DNA of 52,971 nucleotides from NCBI GenBank assembly GCA_020446595.1, contig JAGREJ010000004.1, positions 1 through 52,971 of the forward strand, written 5' to 3'. This DNA is from Novosphingobium sp. Lineage in GTDB: Bacteria; Pseudomonadota; Alphaproteobacteria; Sphingomonadales; Sphingomonadaceae. Shown here piece after piece: positions 10,576 through 20,504 of the stretch. The first letter of the stretch is position 1. Each line of letters starts with the position of its first letter. The translations under genes and the position numbers were made by a program. The notes beneath the pieces are model-generated. The model saw only the letters and a list, made by a program, of their open reading frames with translations. It had not been told where the DNA came from and ran no database searches.

Positions 10576-10633
10576 GGGAAATTCGCCTCCAGCAATGTGT
10601 CAATGTATCGTTGATGCCCCGATCGCAATCCGG

Positions 10634-11173
10634 TCAGCTACCGGATTCGTCCTCGCCGGCAGCATTGTCGTCTGCCTGTTCACTCGCCTGCCGCGCGGCC
10701 GTCAGCGACTTGAGCAGACTCGGATCCTTGAGAACCTTGTCGAGCAGGTCCTGCGCGCCCGCCTTGCCGTCCACGAAAGTCAGCAAGTCATTCAGTTCCT
10801 GCCGCGCTTCGAGCAGCTTGGCCATCGCCGGAACCTTCTTGGCGATTTGCCCCGGATCGAAATCGTTCATGTTCTTGAAGGTCAGATCAATGCCGAGCTT
10901 GCCTTCGCCGGACAGGGCATTGTCAGTCATGAAGGCTGCGCGCGGCGCGATCTTCTCCATCCGCTGATCGAAATTGTCCATGTCGAACTCGAGAAAATCG
11001 CGTTCTGACAGACCCTTCTTCTCAACTTCGCTCTTGCCCGAAAGATCGGACAAGACGCCCATGACGAAAGGAAGCTCGACCTTCTGGCGCGAACCGTAAG
11101 TTTCTACTTCATATTCGATGTGAACGCGCGGTGCGCGGTTTTCACGAATGAAACGTTGTCCACTCTTGGCCAT
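10634..11173 (-). CDS. tssB: T6SS sheath small subunit TssB
   Basis: RAPRVHIEYEVE, ELPFVMGVLSDLSG. ATG at 11173 (MAKSGQRF) preferred over the track's upstream start. Confidence 0.95.
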   Translation of the reverse strand: MAKSGQRFIRENRAPRVHIEYEVETYGSRQKVELPFVMGVLSDLSGKSEVEKKGLSERDFLEFDMDNFDQRMEKIAPRAAFMTDNALSGEGKLGIDLTFKNMNDFDPGQIAKKVPAMAKLLEARQELNDLLTFVDGKAGAQDLLDKVLKDPSLLKSLTAARQASEQADDNAAGEDESGS

Positions 11174-11324
11174 GGAAACCCCCTGGGATTGCGTGATGAC
11201 TTCCGGCTTCGGGGCCAAGCTTGCAGACCCGTCGCCGTGACCGTCTAAGCGTTGTGCGATATTACGTTCTATCGAGCGTTATACAATAACTATCTTGATC
11301 CATCATGGCATCTTGCTGACCATT

Positions 11325-12404
11325 TCACCAGTCCGAACCGGACGAACTGCTTGCGGGCGGCTGGCTCTCTGCGACGGGCGGCGGCGCTGCCACCGGAGCG
11401 GCAGCGGCGGGTGACTTGCCTTCCGATCCCAGCACGCGCTTGGCATCGTTGAGACCACCCGGCACGATATCCTCCAGAAGCTGCATGAAGTCGAGATAGA
11501 CCCAATTGCGGACGCGTTTGAGCGCGACCGGTATCGGGCTGCCGGGTTCATGCACGCGATAGTATTCGACCACGAGGTCAAGCGCACGCGCAACATCTTC
11601 CCGGCTCGTGACGCTGCCCGAGAAGGGCGTGGCCCTGGCGCTCCCGCTCCCGCCTGTCGCTGGCTCGCCGACTTCGCCCGTTGCGCCTTCGTCCGTCTGG
11701 GCAGGAACATTCTCGATTCCCGAGAAATGGACGATTGCCTTTCTGAGGCCAGCCAGCGCGAGGTAGAGATTCTCGAAATTGGTTCCTGTCTCTCCGCCTT
11801 CGGCATGCTCGACCAGAATTGCATCGACCCTCTCGATCGAGCTGCGAAGCCGGTCGAGCTGCGCAACGAGGTCGGTGAAATGGTCCGGACCGAGATCTTC
11901 GACGGCAGCGCGAAACGCGCCGATGTTCTGCGCGCCATCCCGGTTCTCGAAGAAGCCTTCGATGTCCTCGGCGGAAAAGGACCCGAGGCGTTGATGAACC
12001 ACAATTCCCATGCGCCTGAACGGGATCAGGAATTCCCTGTGGCCGACAAGCGAATCGCACGGCGCCTTGCGGCCCTGAAATCCGTATTCCTCGACGGTCG
12101 GATGGAGGTCGGGCCAGAGCTCTTCCAGCAGGCCGACAAGCAGTTCGGCACCTGCATTGACCTTGTCGAGATCCCCCTGCCGTGCGCTCGCGCGCATGAG
12201 ATAGACCGGCAACCAGGCATCGCGCGTTTCCGCAGCCTGTGCTTCGATCAGCTTGACGATCTCCCGCCAGTTGACCGGGTCCGCGTTTTCAACCGTTTCC
12301 AGATCGAAGGCCTGCTCGATCATGGCGCGTTCGCCGCTGTAGGAGAGGTCTTCTCCTGCAGGAAGTTCCTCCGAAACAGGCCTAGAGAGTGCTGCTATGT
12401 CCAA
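11325..12404 (-). CDS. tssA: T6SS TssA (ImpA_N, short TssA type)
   Basis: PVSEELPAGEDLSY, WPDLHP, SREDV..LD....YY..HEPGSPIP; TTG start. Confidence 0.9.
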   Translation of the reverse strand: MDIAALSRPVSEELPAGEDLSYSGERAMIEQAFDLETVENADPVNWREIVKLIEAQAAETRDAWLPVYLMRASARQGDLDKVNAGAELLVGLLEELWPDLHPTVEEYGFQGRKAPCDSLVGHREFLIPFRRMGIVVHQRLGSFSAEDIEGFFENRDGAQNIGAFRAAVEDLGPDHFTDLVAQLDRLRSSIERVDAILVEHAEGGETGTNFENLYLALAGLRKAIVHFSGIENVPAQTDEGATGEVGEPATGGSGSARATPFSGSVTSREDVARALDLVVEYYRVHEPGSPIPVALKRVRNWVYLDFMQLLEDIVPGGLNDAKRVLGSEGKSPAAAAPVAAPPPVAESQPPASSSSGSDW

Positions 12405-12787
12405 GTGAGCTCCCCAACTCGTTCGGCGCCGCCCGGCAGATGGTCAGTCCGCACCGCGACGCGATTGCATCATGACGTGATGAGAGCGCGTGGCAAGGAC
12501 AAATCCCATATCTTGTCCCATAATGGAGCAGGCATTGGGGCCGGCAAGGCGCAACCGGCACCATGCGCGTCAATATGCGCTGCGCACATGCACGAGATTG
12601 GAGGCTGGCCGCTGAAGCCGATCTATTGCGCCGCGCGGTGCGTCAGTAATCGATCGGGATTGCGCTGAATCCAAGAATATGGTTTGCTGATCGCAACGGG
12701 ACGGACAATGTCAATCGACGATGGATGCGCAGATGATCCGGTCTCCCGCAGGCCAGAGCCTTTCGCGACGAACGCAAGGACCGCAGC

Positions 12788-14827
12788 ATGCCCGACGCCT
12801 TTAGCCGCCAATCCCAGATGCAGATCGACCTTGGGGGTGAACAGGTCGAGCTTGTCAGGATCAGGGCGAGCGAGGAGCTTGGCAAGCCGTTCGAAATCTC
12901 GCTACGCGTCGTCGCCACCCTTGGCGAAGTCGATCTGCTTCCGCATCTTGGCAAGCCCGTGGGTTTGACCTGCCTGGAAGATGGCGAATTGCAGCGGTAT
13001 TTTCACGGCATCCTCGTTGCCGGCCGGTTCGTGGAAGAAACCAACTCCGGCCACAATTACGATCTTACCCTCATGCCCTGGACGGAGCTGATCGACCAGA
13101 ACGTCGATTACGCGATCCATCAGGACCTTTCCGCTGTCGACATAATTCGCAAGACCTTGGACGACGCCGGCATGACGGATTACGATCTCGGCGGGATCAC
13201 GAAGTCATACGATCCCCGCGTCTATTGCGTTCAATACCGCGAAAGCGATTTCGCTTTCGTTTCGCGGCTCATGCAGGAAGAGGGCATTTATTACTATTTC
13301 GAGCACCACGAAAACAGGCATGTCATGAAACTGTGCGATGCACAGTCGGTGCATCCGGCGTCGAACCCGGCGCGACTGGAGTACAGCAGTTCATCCGTAT
13401 CGGTTTTCCTGACAAGTTCCGATCCGCGTCAGGGCGACGACTCCAGCGGCAAATTCATCCACAACTGGTACGATCGTGTCGCGACCAACCTGCGCGGCAA
13501 GCTCACGGTGCGCGATTATGATTTCGAGAAGGCGGACAGGCCGGTCGAAGCCGAGTCGTACGGTGACGGTGAACACAGTCACGACGAAAAGGAAGTCTAC
13601 GTCTATCCGGGCAACCTGGTCGAAGAAGCCCGCGCCAGCCATCTGGGCGAAGTCGCGCTGGAATCGCAGCGGGCTGGCAGGCAGATATTCACCGGCGAGA
13701 CACAGGCGACCGGCATTGCCGTGGGCACGCATCTCACCGTTTTCGAACATCCGCACGAGCGCAAGAACGGCGAATTTCTCATCACCAAGACCTATCACAA
13801 CATCGTGAATGAGACCTATCGTTCGGGTGACAACCTCACGGGCGAGCAGTTCAGTACCAAGGTCGAAGCCATTCCCGTGTCTCGCCCCTTCAGGCCACAG
13901 CGTACGGTGCCGAGGCCAGTGACTCACGGACTTGAATCCGCGATTGTGACAGGCCCGGAAGGCGAGGAGATCTACACCGACGAATGGGGGCGCGTAAAAG
14001 TGCGGTTTCACTGGGACCGTTCGGGTTCGTCCGGCGACAAGTCGACCTGCTGGATCCGCGTTTCACAAACCGGCGGGCTTGGCAATCTGATCCTGCCGCG
14101 CGTCACGCACGAAGTGCTGGTCGATTTCCTGAATGGCGATCCGGACAGGCCGATCGTTGTGGGCCGGGTTTTCAACAGTCGCCACAAACCCATCTACAAG
14201 CTCCCGGAACACAAGACGCGGGCATTGTGGCGAACCAAGCGTTACGGCAAGACCGGGCAATATCCCGAAACCCAGGACCTCGACACGGGCAAGCCGGGCG
14301 TCAACGAGCTTCGCTTCGAGGACAAGGGCGGCAGTGAGGAAGTATTCCTCCACGCCGAGCGCGACATGAACACGCGCATCCGCCACGAAGAAACGCACCA
14401 TGTCGGTCGCAACCAGCAGGTGATGGTAGGAAACGACCGGGAAGTGATCGTGGGCCATAACGAAACGATCACCATCGGCAACGATCAGTCACGGCAGATC
14501 GCGCACAACCAGACCCTCGATGTCGGTGACCAGCAGCGTGAGACGATCGGATCGCATCGCTCCGTTTCCGTGGGCCGCACTGACACGCTCAGCGTTGGCC
14601 AGACCATTGAAATAACAGCGGGAACGAGCATCAAGCTGGAAGCCGGCATGTCGATCGAGTTCAAGGTCGGCGCGACCACGATCTCGATGGATAATATGGG
14701 GATCAATTTCAAAGGACCGATGCTGAGCCTCAAGGCCGACGCGACCGTCACGGTCCAGTCACTCAAGACCGACATTACGGGAAGCGCGATGCTTACCGAA
14801 ACCGGCGGCATCGTGATGATAAACTGA
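12788..14827 (+). CDS. vgrG: T6SS spike VgrG/TssI, no C-terminal effector extension
   Basis: YCVQYRESDFAFVSRLMQEEGIYYYF, GRVKVRFHWDR, GDPDRP, NELRFEDK, gp5-like C-terminal repeats. Confidence 0.96.
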   Translation: MPDAFSRQSQMQIDLGGEQVELVRIRASEELGKPFEISLRVVATLGEVDLLPHLGKPVGLTCLEDGELQRYFHGILVAGRFVEETNSGHNYDLTLMPWTELIDQNVDYAIHQDLSAVDIIRKTLDDAGMTDYDLGGITKSYDPRVYCVQYRESDFAFVSRLMQEEGIYYYFEHHENRHVMKLCDAQSVHPASNPARLEYSSSSVSVFLTSSDPRQGDDSSGKFIHNWYDRVATNLRGKLTVRDYDFEKADRPVEAESYGDGEHSHDEKEVYVYPGNLVEEARASHLGEVALESQRAGRQIFTGETQATGIAVGTHLTVFEHPHERKNGEFLITKTYHNIVNETYRSGDNLTGEQFSTKVEAIPVSRPFRPQRTVPRPVTHGLESAIVTGPEGEEIYTDEWGRVKVRFHWDRSGSSGDKSTCWIRVSQTGGLGNLILPRVTHEVLVDFLNGDPDRPIVVGRVFNSRHKPIYKLPEHKTRALWRTKRYGKTGQYPETQDLDTGKPGVNELRFEDKGGSEEVFLHAERDMNTRIRHEETHHVGRNQQVMVGNDREVIVGHNETITIGNDQSRQIAHNQTLDVGDQQRETIGSHRSVSVGRTDTLSVGQTIEITAGTSIKLEAGMSIEFKVGATTISMDNMGINFKGPMLSLKADATVTVQSLKTDITGSAMLTETGGIVMIN

Positions 14828-14831
14828 GCCG

Positions 14832-15395
14832 ATGGCACTGACACCGATTCCAAGGCACTGGTCGGCGGTCCAATGGACGGAGAGCCGCCAGATATTCGAA
14901 TTTCTCGACTGGGGCGACCGGGTCACGGATGCACTCCCGCAATCCGTGACAGAAGGTTACGACCATCTTCGGACAAACGGCGAACCACATGACGCGATTT
15001 ATTACCTCGCATCGGCCCTGCCGCGCATGGATGCCGTCAGCTGGGCATCGCAATTCCTTGATGAACTGTCGCGGGTCGATGCGCTTGCCATACGCGATCA
15101 GCAGGCGCTCGATTCGGTCCAGCGCTGGATCGGTGACCCGATCGAGGATTATCGCCGGGCTGCATTCAATGCCGCCGAGAATGCCAGTTCCGACAGCCCC
15201 GAGCGGCTCCTGGCGCTTGCCGCGTTCTTTTCGGGCGGCAACATTTCGAGCCCCGATCTTGAGCCGGTCGAGCCGCCGCCCAATGCGGCGGGCAAACTCG
15301 CAGCCACGGCAATTCTCGGCGGTATATTCCGCAACGGTCCGGATCCTGCACGCATCGAACGCGCGTTGCAGATGGGCGAGGAACGCGCATGCTAG
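14832..15395 (+). CDS. VgrG-associated helical protein (DUF6931-like, tentative)
   Basis: Starts 4 bp after vgrG; 187 aa; ALP..DAV.WA, V.RW..DP.E..RR.A, AAF.SGG.I pattern. Confidence 0.55.
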   Translation: MALTPIPRHWSAVQWTESRQIFEFLDWGDRVTDALPQSVTEGYDHLRTNGEPHDAIYYLASALPRMDAVSWASQFLDELSRVDALAIRDQQALDSVQRWIGDPIEDYRRAAFNAAENASSDSPERLLALAAFFSGGNISSPDLEPVEPPPNAAGKLAATAILGGIFRNGPDPARIERALQMGEERAC

Positions 15396-15419
15396 CGCGA
15401 CTGCGAACGAGCCTGTGAC

Positions 15420-16901
15420 ATGACCCTGACGCTCAAAATCCAGGGTTTCGACAGACTCGCCAACGGCCTGCCCAGCGAATTTGTGCTGACTAGACGCGGT
15501 GCGAACATCGGGCGGGCACCTACCAGCGACTGGTGCTTGCCCGATCCCGACAAGCATATCTCCTCGACCCATTGCGTGATCCGCTATGCCGAAGGATTCT
15601 ACTGGCTCGAAGATTGCAGCACGAACGGCACCTATCTCAATGGCTCGACGGTCAGAATGGATCAGCCGAGACGCATCGAGAATGGCGACCGGCTGCTGAT
15701 CGGTGGATACGAACTTCATGCCTTGCTCAGCGGAGAAGCGTCCGCGGCATTCAGGAACGAGCAGCAGGAAATTTCGTCGCGGGAAGAAGAACAGCGTTGG
15801 CAAGGATGGGCCAGCGCGGTCGGAGACTTCGGCACCACCCCGGGCGCTCCCCAGCCCCCGCCTCCCGATCCCGGGCCACAGGCCAATGTGGTCAGCACGT
15901 TCGGCGAAAACTGGACACCGTCCCAGCGTGCTCCCGACGGCGGCAAGTATTCCGTCTGGTCAGGCGAGGAAGCGGACCGGATGGCCGCTTCGGGTTGGTC
16001 TGGCGAGGCAGGCGCAGCGGGACCGAGCCGCCCAGGTGACGCCTGGGGCGAGCTGGCGCAGAACTACGTCGTCGACTGGGCGCGCGGCGGCTTCAACCAG
16101 CCCGATACGAGAAACCCGGACCCGCTCGGGCTGAACAAGGCAGACATGCGCGCCGATCCCCTGAGCATTCCGCTCGGCCCCGATCCTGCCGAAACGCGCG
16201 GTTCCGCGCCCATGCCCGATCCCCTGTCCTTCGGCTCGCGCGATGCACCGGCATCATCTGCTCCACAACCGCAAACGGCAGAGCCGCCTCCTACTTCTGC
16301 CGCTGTCACTGCCCCCTCAACGGCAACCAGCGACTCCGCGGTTGTCGACGCGCTTTTGAGTGCCTTGCAGCTGGATGGGTCGGCCCTTGACCTGACCCCC
16401 GACGATCTGGCGCAGCGTGTCGGCATGGTCATGCACAAGATGGTCGGCGGCCTCACCATGATGGTTGAGGCCCGCGCCCGGGCAAAGGCACAGCTTGGCG
16501 CCGAGGCGACGAGCTTTGCGCATGACGGCAACAACCCGCTTAAGTTCGCAAGGGATGTCGAGGACGCAATCGTGCTGCTGCTCAAGGATCCCGATCACGG
16601 CTACATGGACGGGCTGCGCGCGGTGGAAGATGCTTTCTTCGATCTGCAGGCACATCAGATGGCGACGCTGAAGGCCATGCAGGGTGCACTGAAGGCGACG
16701 CTGGATCGCTTTTCGCCCGAAGCTATCCGGCAGCGGGCCACGAGCAAGGGAATACTCGGCAAGTTACCAGGCACGCGCGAAGCAGCTTTGTGGAAGGCCT
16801 ACGAGCGCGAATTTTCCGGCGTGGCGCAGGGATCGGACGAGGCCTTCATGGACGTCTTCGCCAAGGAATTCCGCAAGGCCTACATGGATAATACCCGCTG
16901 A
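15420..16901 (+). CDS. tagH: T6SS FHA-domain protein TagH/Fha
   Basis: N-terminal FHA (IGR, ISSTHC, STNGTYLN), Pro/Trp-rich linker, TagH C-terminal domain (NNPLKF, DLQAHQMA, F.KAY). Confidence 0.92.
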   Translation: MTLTLKIQGFDRLANGLPSEFVLTRRGANIGRAPTSDWCLPDPDKHISSTHCVIRYAEGFYWLEDCSTNGTYLNGSTVRMDQPRRIENGDRLLIGGYELHALLSGEASAAFRNEQQEISSREEEQRWQGWASAVGDFGTTPGAPQPPPPDPGPQANVVSTFGENWTPSQRAPDGGKYSVWSGEEADRMAASGWSGEAGAAGPSRPGDAWGELAQNYVVDWARGGFNQPDTRNPDPLGLNKADMRADPLSIPLGPDPAETRGSAPMPDPLSFGSRDAPASSAPQPQTAEPPPTSAAVTAPSTATSDSAVVDALLSALQLDGSALDLTPDDLAQRVGMVMHKMVGGLTMMVEARARAKAQLGAEATSFAHDGNNPLKFARDVEDAIVLLLKDPDHGYMDGLRAVEDAFFDLQAHQMATLKAMQGALKATLDRFSPEAIRQRATSKGILGKLPGTREAALWKAYEREFSGVAQGSDEAFMDVFAKEFRKAYMDNTR

Positions 16902-16902
16902 T

Positions 16903-16931
16903 CCATTGCCGGACACTTTTTCCGGCAATGG
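16903..16931. terminator. Inverted repeat between convergent tagH and ppkA; likely bidirectional terminator
   Basis: CCATTGCCGGA-cactttt-TCCGGCAATGG, perfect 11-bp stem; no long flanking T tract. Confidence 0.6.
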
Positions 16932-16940
16932 GCAATTGCC

Positions 16941-19199
16941 TCACCGCACGGACCTGAACCACACCATTTCGGTGTGCCAGTCGTTGCGGCCGGCCGCAGT
17001 CATGAATTCGGATTGCCAGGACGTGCCACGCCCGCCAACCGGCGGAGCGATCAGCTTGTCTGGAAACGGGCCCTTGCCGGTGACGAGCAGCATTCCGGAC
17101 CAGCCTTCATGGTCGAGATCGATTGTCATCCGGTACTTTTCGGGGCCAGTCAGTTCGATCAGCGCGAGCTTTTCTCGATAGATGCGCTCGAACTCTGCTT
17201 TACTGTTCACGAGAACAGTGAACAGGCCGGAATTGTCCAGCCCTACCAGGGCAAAGTCCTTGTCCCCGATATCGGTGTCCAGTTTCAGGATGGCGTTTGC
17301 CGCCATTTTTCCGGCATAGACCGAACCCTGAGGCTGCATTCGCATTTCGAACTGGCGTTGAGCGACAGTCAGGTGCTCGCCGAACGGATCGCGGATCTGG
17401 CGATAGGTATCGAGTGCCGAACAGCCGCCTTGCGTGATAGGCGCGACTTCCTCGAAATCGAGGTTGGCCGACTTGACCCCCGATGCCCCCAGACTGCGCG
17501 CGATGTCGGCCTGCGCCGCTGCGGGGTTACCCGCGACACCGGTGAAGCGGATGGTCAGATCGCCCTTCTGCTGCGCCACATCGACGATCGAGAGCCAGGT
17601 GCAGGAAACCGAGGGCAGCGCAGTATTGACGACACGGCGCGCCTGATCGACGACGGGGAGGCCTTCAGGTTGCTTCACGACCGTGGCTTGTTGCCCTGCG
17701 GCGGCAGGCGTCTCATCATAGCCCGCGAACCACCAGTACGAAGCCCCCGCCATGAGGAGCGCGAGGCCGATGGCGACGCCAATCGCCACCTTGCGTGAGC
17801 CGGAACCGACGCCGCCCGAACCCTCGCTCGTAAAGCTGTCCACCTGCTCGTCGCCATCTGCCGGTGCGAAGCCATCCTGTTCTGCGGCGCGGATCGCGTC
17901 GAGCAATTGTGCCATCGACTGCGGGCGCGCGCGCGGATCGGGCTGCAGCATCCAGGCAAGCAGGCTTTGCAGCCTGGGCTCTATCCCTTCCAGGTCCGCG
18001 CCAGCGCGTCGTTTGTCGACCGCTTCCACTAGCGTGGCACCCATGCTTGCACTGCGCCCGCGCGCCACCGCCAGAAGGCACAGGCCCAGACTGTACACGT
18101 CAGTCCAGGGGCCGACCAAACGCTCGAAATCGCCAAGCTGTTCGGGCGCGACATAGCCCAGCTTGCCAGCGAACCCATCGCCGACAATCGTCTGCGATCC
18201 CGGATCGAGGTCCTTGGCTATGCCGAAATCGATGATCTTGGCCCGCTGCAACTTGCCATCGGGCAACAGGATGTTGTCCGGCGAAAGGTCGCGGTGGATG
18301 ACGCCTCGCGCATGGGCGACCCTGAGGCCGGAAGCGAGGCGCGTCGCGAAAGCGAGGATTTCGTCGGTCGAGGCATCAAGCCTATGCAACTCGTCTGCGA
18401 GGCTGACGCCATCGATGTAATCCGTGACGATATAAAGAACGCCCAGTTCGGGTTCCTGAGCCAGCACGCGATAGGAGACCAGCGATTCATGGCTGAGGTC
18501 GGTGAGCGTCCGGGCTTCCTTGCGGAACATGCCGACGACATCGGGATCGGCAGCAAGCGCGGGCAGGATGACCTTGATGGCCACTCGCTCATCCATGTTG
18601 ACGTTCAGCCCTTCGAAGACTTCGCCCATCCCGCCGCGTGCGATGAGCCGCTTGACCTCATAGATGTGATTGAGAACTTGACCGGGACGTATCGACTGAT
18701 ACGACGCGGTTTCGGGAGCATGGCCGGGCGGCACGCTGCCCGCCAGTTCTGTTTTCGGTACATCGCCCGATCCTGCGAACTGGGTCCGGTCAGCCTCGCC
18801 CGCCGGTTCTTGCGTGGCAGGCTCGTCGGCCAACGAGGGCGCAAATACCGTCCTGTCCGGCACGTCCGGCTCACGGGGTTCTTCCGCGTCAGCACCGTTG
18901 TCATCTCCGATGTTGTGGTTTTCGATGCCCGGTGCGAAGACCGTGCGATCGGGAGGCACCGGAGTTTCCGCTTCCTTAGCGCCGTCCGCGTCTGGCTCGA
19001 CTGCCGGTGCCTCGGAGGGCTGAAAGACCGTCCGTTCCCCCTCCTCCGCAGGAGGTTCGGCACCTGCCCCAGCGTCACTCGCGTCACCTGCGTTCTGAGG
19101 CGCATCTTGTGATACTTCCTCTTCGGCAGATGGCGTGACTGACGGATCTTCACCGATGTCCTGATCCTCGTCATCACCGGCAGGCGGCTTGTCATTCAT
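16941..19199 (-). CDS. ppkA: Membrane Ser/Thr kinase PpkA-like
   Basis: ARGGMGEV, VAIK, HRDLSPDNI, DFG, YVAPEQ; one TM helix and a periplasmic C-terminal domain. ATG 19199 overlaps the pppA stop (ATGA). Confidence 0.88.
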   Translation of the reverse strand: MNDKPPAGDDEDQDIGEDPSVTPSAEEEVSQDAPQNAGDASDAGAGAEPPAEEGERTVFQPSEAPAVEPDADGAKEAETPVPPDRTVFAPGIENHNIGDDNGADAEEPREPDVPDRTVFAPSLADEPATQEPAGEADRTQFAGSGDVPKTELAGSVPPGHAPETASYQSIRPGQVLNHIYEVKRLIARGGMGEVFEGLNVNMDERVAIKVILPALAADPDVVGMFRKEARTLTDLSHESLVSYRVLAQEPELGVLYIVTDYIDGVSLADELHRLDASTDEILAFATRLASGLRVAHARGVIHRDLSPDNILLPDGKLQRAKIIDFGIAKDLDPGSQTIVGDGFAGKLGYVAPEQLGDFERLVGPWTDVYSLGLCLLAVARGRSASMGATLVEAVDKRRAGADLEGIEPRLQSLLAWMLQPDPRARPQSMAQLLDAIRAAEQDGFAPADGDEQVDSFTSEGSGGVGSGSRKVAIGVAIGLALLMAGASYWWFAGYDETPAAAGQQATVVKQPEGLPVVDQARRVVNTALPSVSCTWLSIVDVAQQKGDLTIRFTGVAGNPAAAQADIARSLGASGVKSANLDFEEVAPITQGGCSALDTYRQIRDPFGEHLTVAQRQFEMRMQPQGSVYAGKMAANAILKLDTDIGDKDFALVGLDNSGLFTVLVNSKAEFERIYREKLALIELTGPEKYRMTIDLDHEGWSGMLLVTGKGPFPDKLIAPPVGGRGTSWQSEFMTAAGRNDWHTEMVWFRSVR

Positions 19200-19957
19200 A
19201 AATTCGCACCACCAGTGCCGGCACTCGCCGGTATCTCGGTACATTCACGAATGCCGATGGCGACAATCGACACATTGTCGGGCGCGCCGCGCGCAAGCAC
19301 CATGTCGAGCATCCTGTCAGTAGACTGGTCCGGGCCTAGCGTGCGCAGGACTTCGCCGATTTCCGTGTCAGTCAGCACTCCGGACAGGCCATCGCTGCAC
19401 AGCAGAAAAACATCGCCCGGCTCGGTCTGGTCGACGACGATATCGACCTCTACCGCGTCCTGGACACCGATAGCGCGTGAAAGCATATGTCGCATCCTGT
19501 GCGTCTTGGCCTCTTCTGGTTCGAGTAATCCGCGATCAATCAGCTCCTGAACCTGCGAATGATCGCTGGTGAGCTGGATGAGCTGCCCGTCTCGCAGAAG
19601 ATAGCCACGGCTGTCTCCCACCCACGAGACGGAGAAGCGGTTGCCGGCTACATGCAGCACGACGATCGTGCTTCCCATCTGAACGCCGCGCCGCTGTGCC
19701 TCAGCATAGATTGTCTGGTTTGCAGCGTGAATTTGATCGGCGATCCTCAGACAAGCGGAATCGAAATCCCCGGGCAACGGAAATTCGGACAGGCAACGCG
19801 CGATTTGGGACGAAGCCCAGTCACCGTTGGCGTGACCGCCCATGCCGTCTGCCACGGCCCAAAGCCCCGCATCGGGACGCTCGCACAGCGCGTCCTCATT
19901 GTTCTCCCGAACCTGGCCGCGATGGGTCACGGTTGATGCTTCGAGTTTAAGTCGCAT
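19196..19957 (-). CDS. pppA: PP2C phosphatase PppA
   Basis: RENNED, VADGMGGH, VGDSR, LCSDGL, DNVS. Confidence 0.92.
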   Translation of the reverse strand: MRLKLEASTVTHRGQVRENNEDALCERPDAGLWAVADGMGGHANGDWASSQIARCLSEFPLPGDFDSACLRIADQIHAANQTIYAEAQRRGVQMGSTIVVLHVAGNRFSVSWVGDSRGYLLRDGQLIQLTSDHSQVQELIDRGLLEPEEAKTHRMRHMLSRAIGVQDAVEVDIVVDQTEPGDVFLLCSDGLSGVLTDTEIGEVLRTLGPDQSTDRMLDMVLARGAPDNVSIVAIGIRECTEIPASAGTGGANL

Positions 19958-20504
19958 GATCTGCCCCGACTTGCGACAAGGCGAGCATCTCGCTCAGCAG
20001 GTTTGCCGGACGGGCCAGCGGCAGGCTCGCCACGACCTCGCCGTCGGCATCGATGGCCCACCAGCATCCAGAATCGATGGCTTGAGGCGGCGTAACGTTC
20101 GGCGCGTCTGCAACGGCCAACTGCGCAAGCGAGGCCATCAGCTCATCGACTGTTTCGGCTGAGGAAATGGCGCGGTACAAGGCTTCCTGTGCCTGAACCG
20201 CCAGCGCAGCAAGATTTTCGCCGCCGCCCGTCTCAACGCTTGCAAGAAGCGGAAATCTGCGTCCTGCCCTGTCGACGGAAGGACACAGCGCACCCGCCTC
20301 GAATCCGTCGGACAGAGGATGGACATATAGCCAGGGCGGTGCGCAATCGAACCGTTCACGCCAGTCATCCGAAAAACGCTCCTGCGCATCCTCGAACGAA
20401 GTAGTCAGCCATGCGTCGCAAGCCTCGCGCCGCGTCATGTCCATACCGCGCGCGACAAAATCGCCATGAGCCGGAAGCTTTCCAAAGATGGACCAGGTGC
20501 TCAT
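19947..20504 (-). CDS. tagF: T6SS regulator TagF
   Basis: FGKLPAHGDF, PSVDRAGRRFPL. ATG 20504 overlaps the tssM C-fragment stop. Confidence 0.9.
   Translation of the reverse strand: MSTWSIFGKLPAHGDFVARGMDMTRREACDAWLTTSFEDAQERFSDDWRERFDCAPPWLYVHPLSDGFEAGALCPSVDRAGRRFPLLASVETGGGENLAALAVQAQEALYRAISSAETVDELMASLAQLAVADAPNVTPPQAIDSGCWWAIDADGEVVASLPLARPANLLSEMLALSQVGADHAT

Noticed and set aside
12405-12787. Sigma-54 promoter in the divergent tssA/vgrG intergenic region
   Set aside because: No convincing TGGCAC-N5-TTGC match found and no enhancer-binding protein is encoded in the island.
12788-14827. Evolved (effector-fused) VgrG
   Set aside because: The protein ends right after the gp5-like repeats; there is no extra domain.
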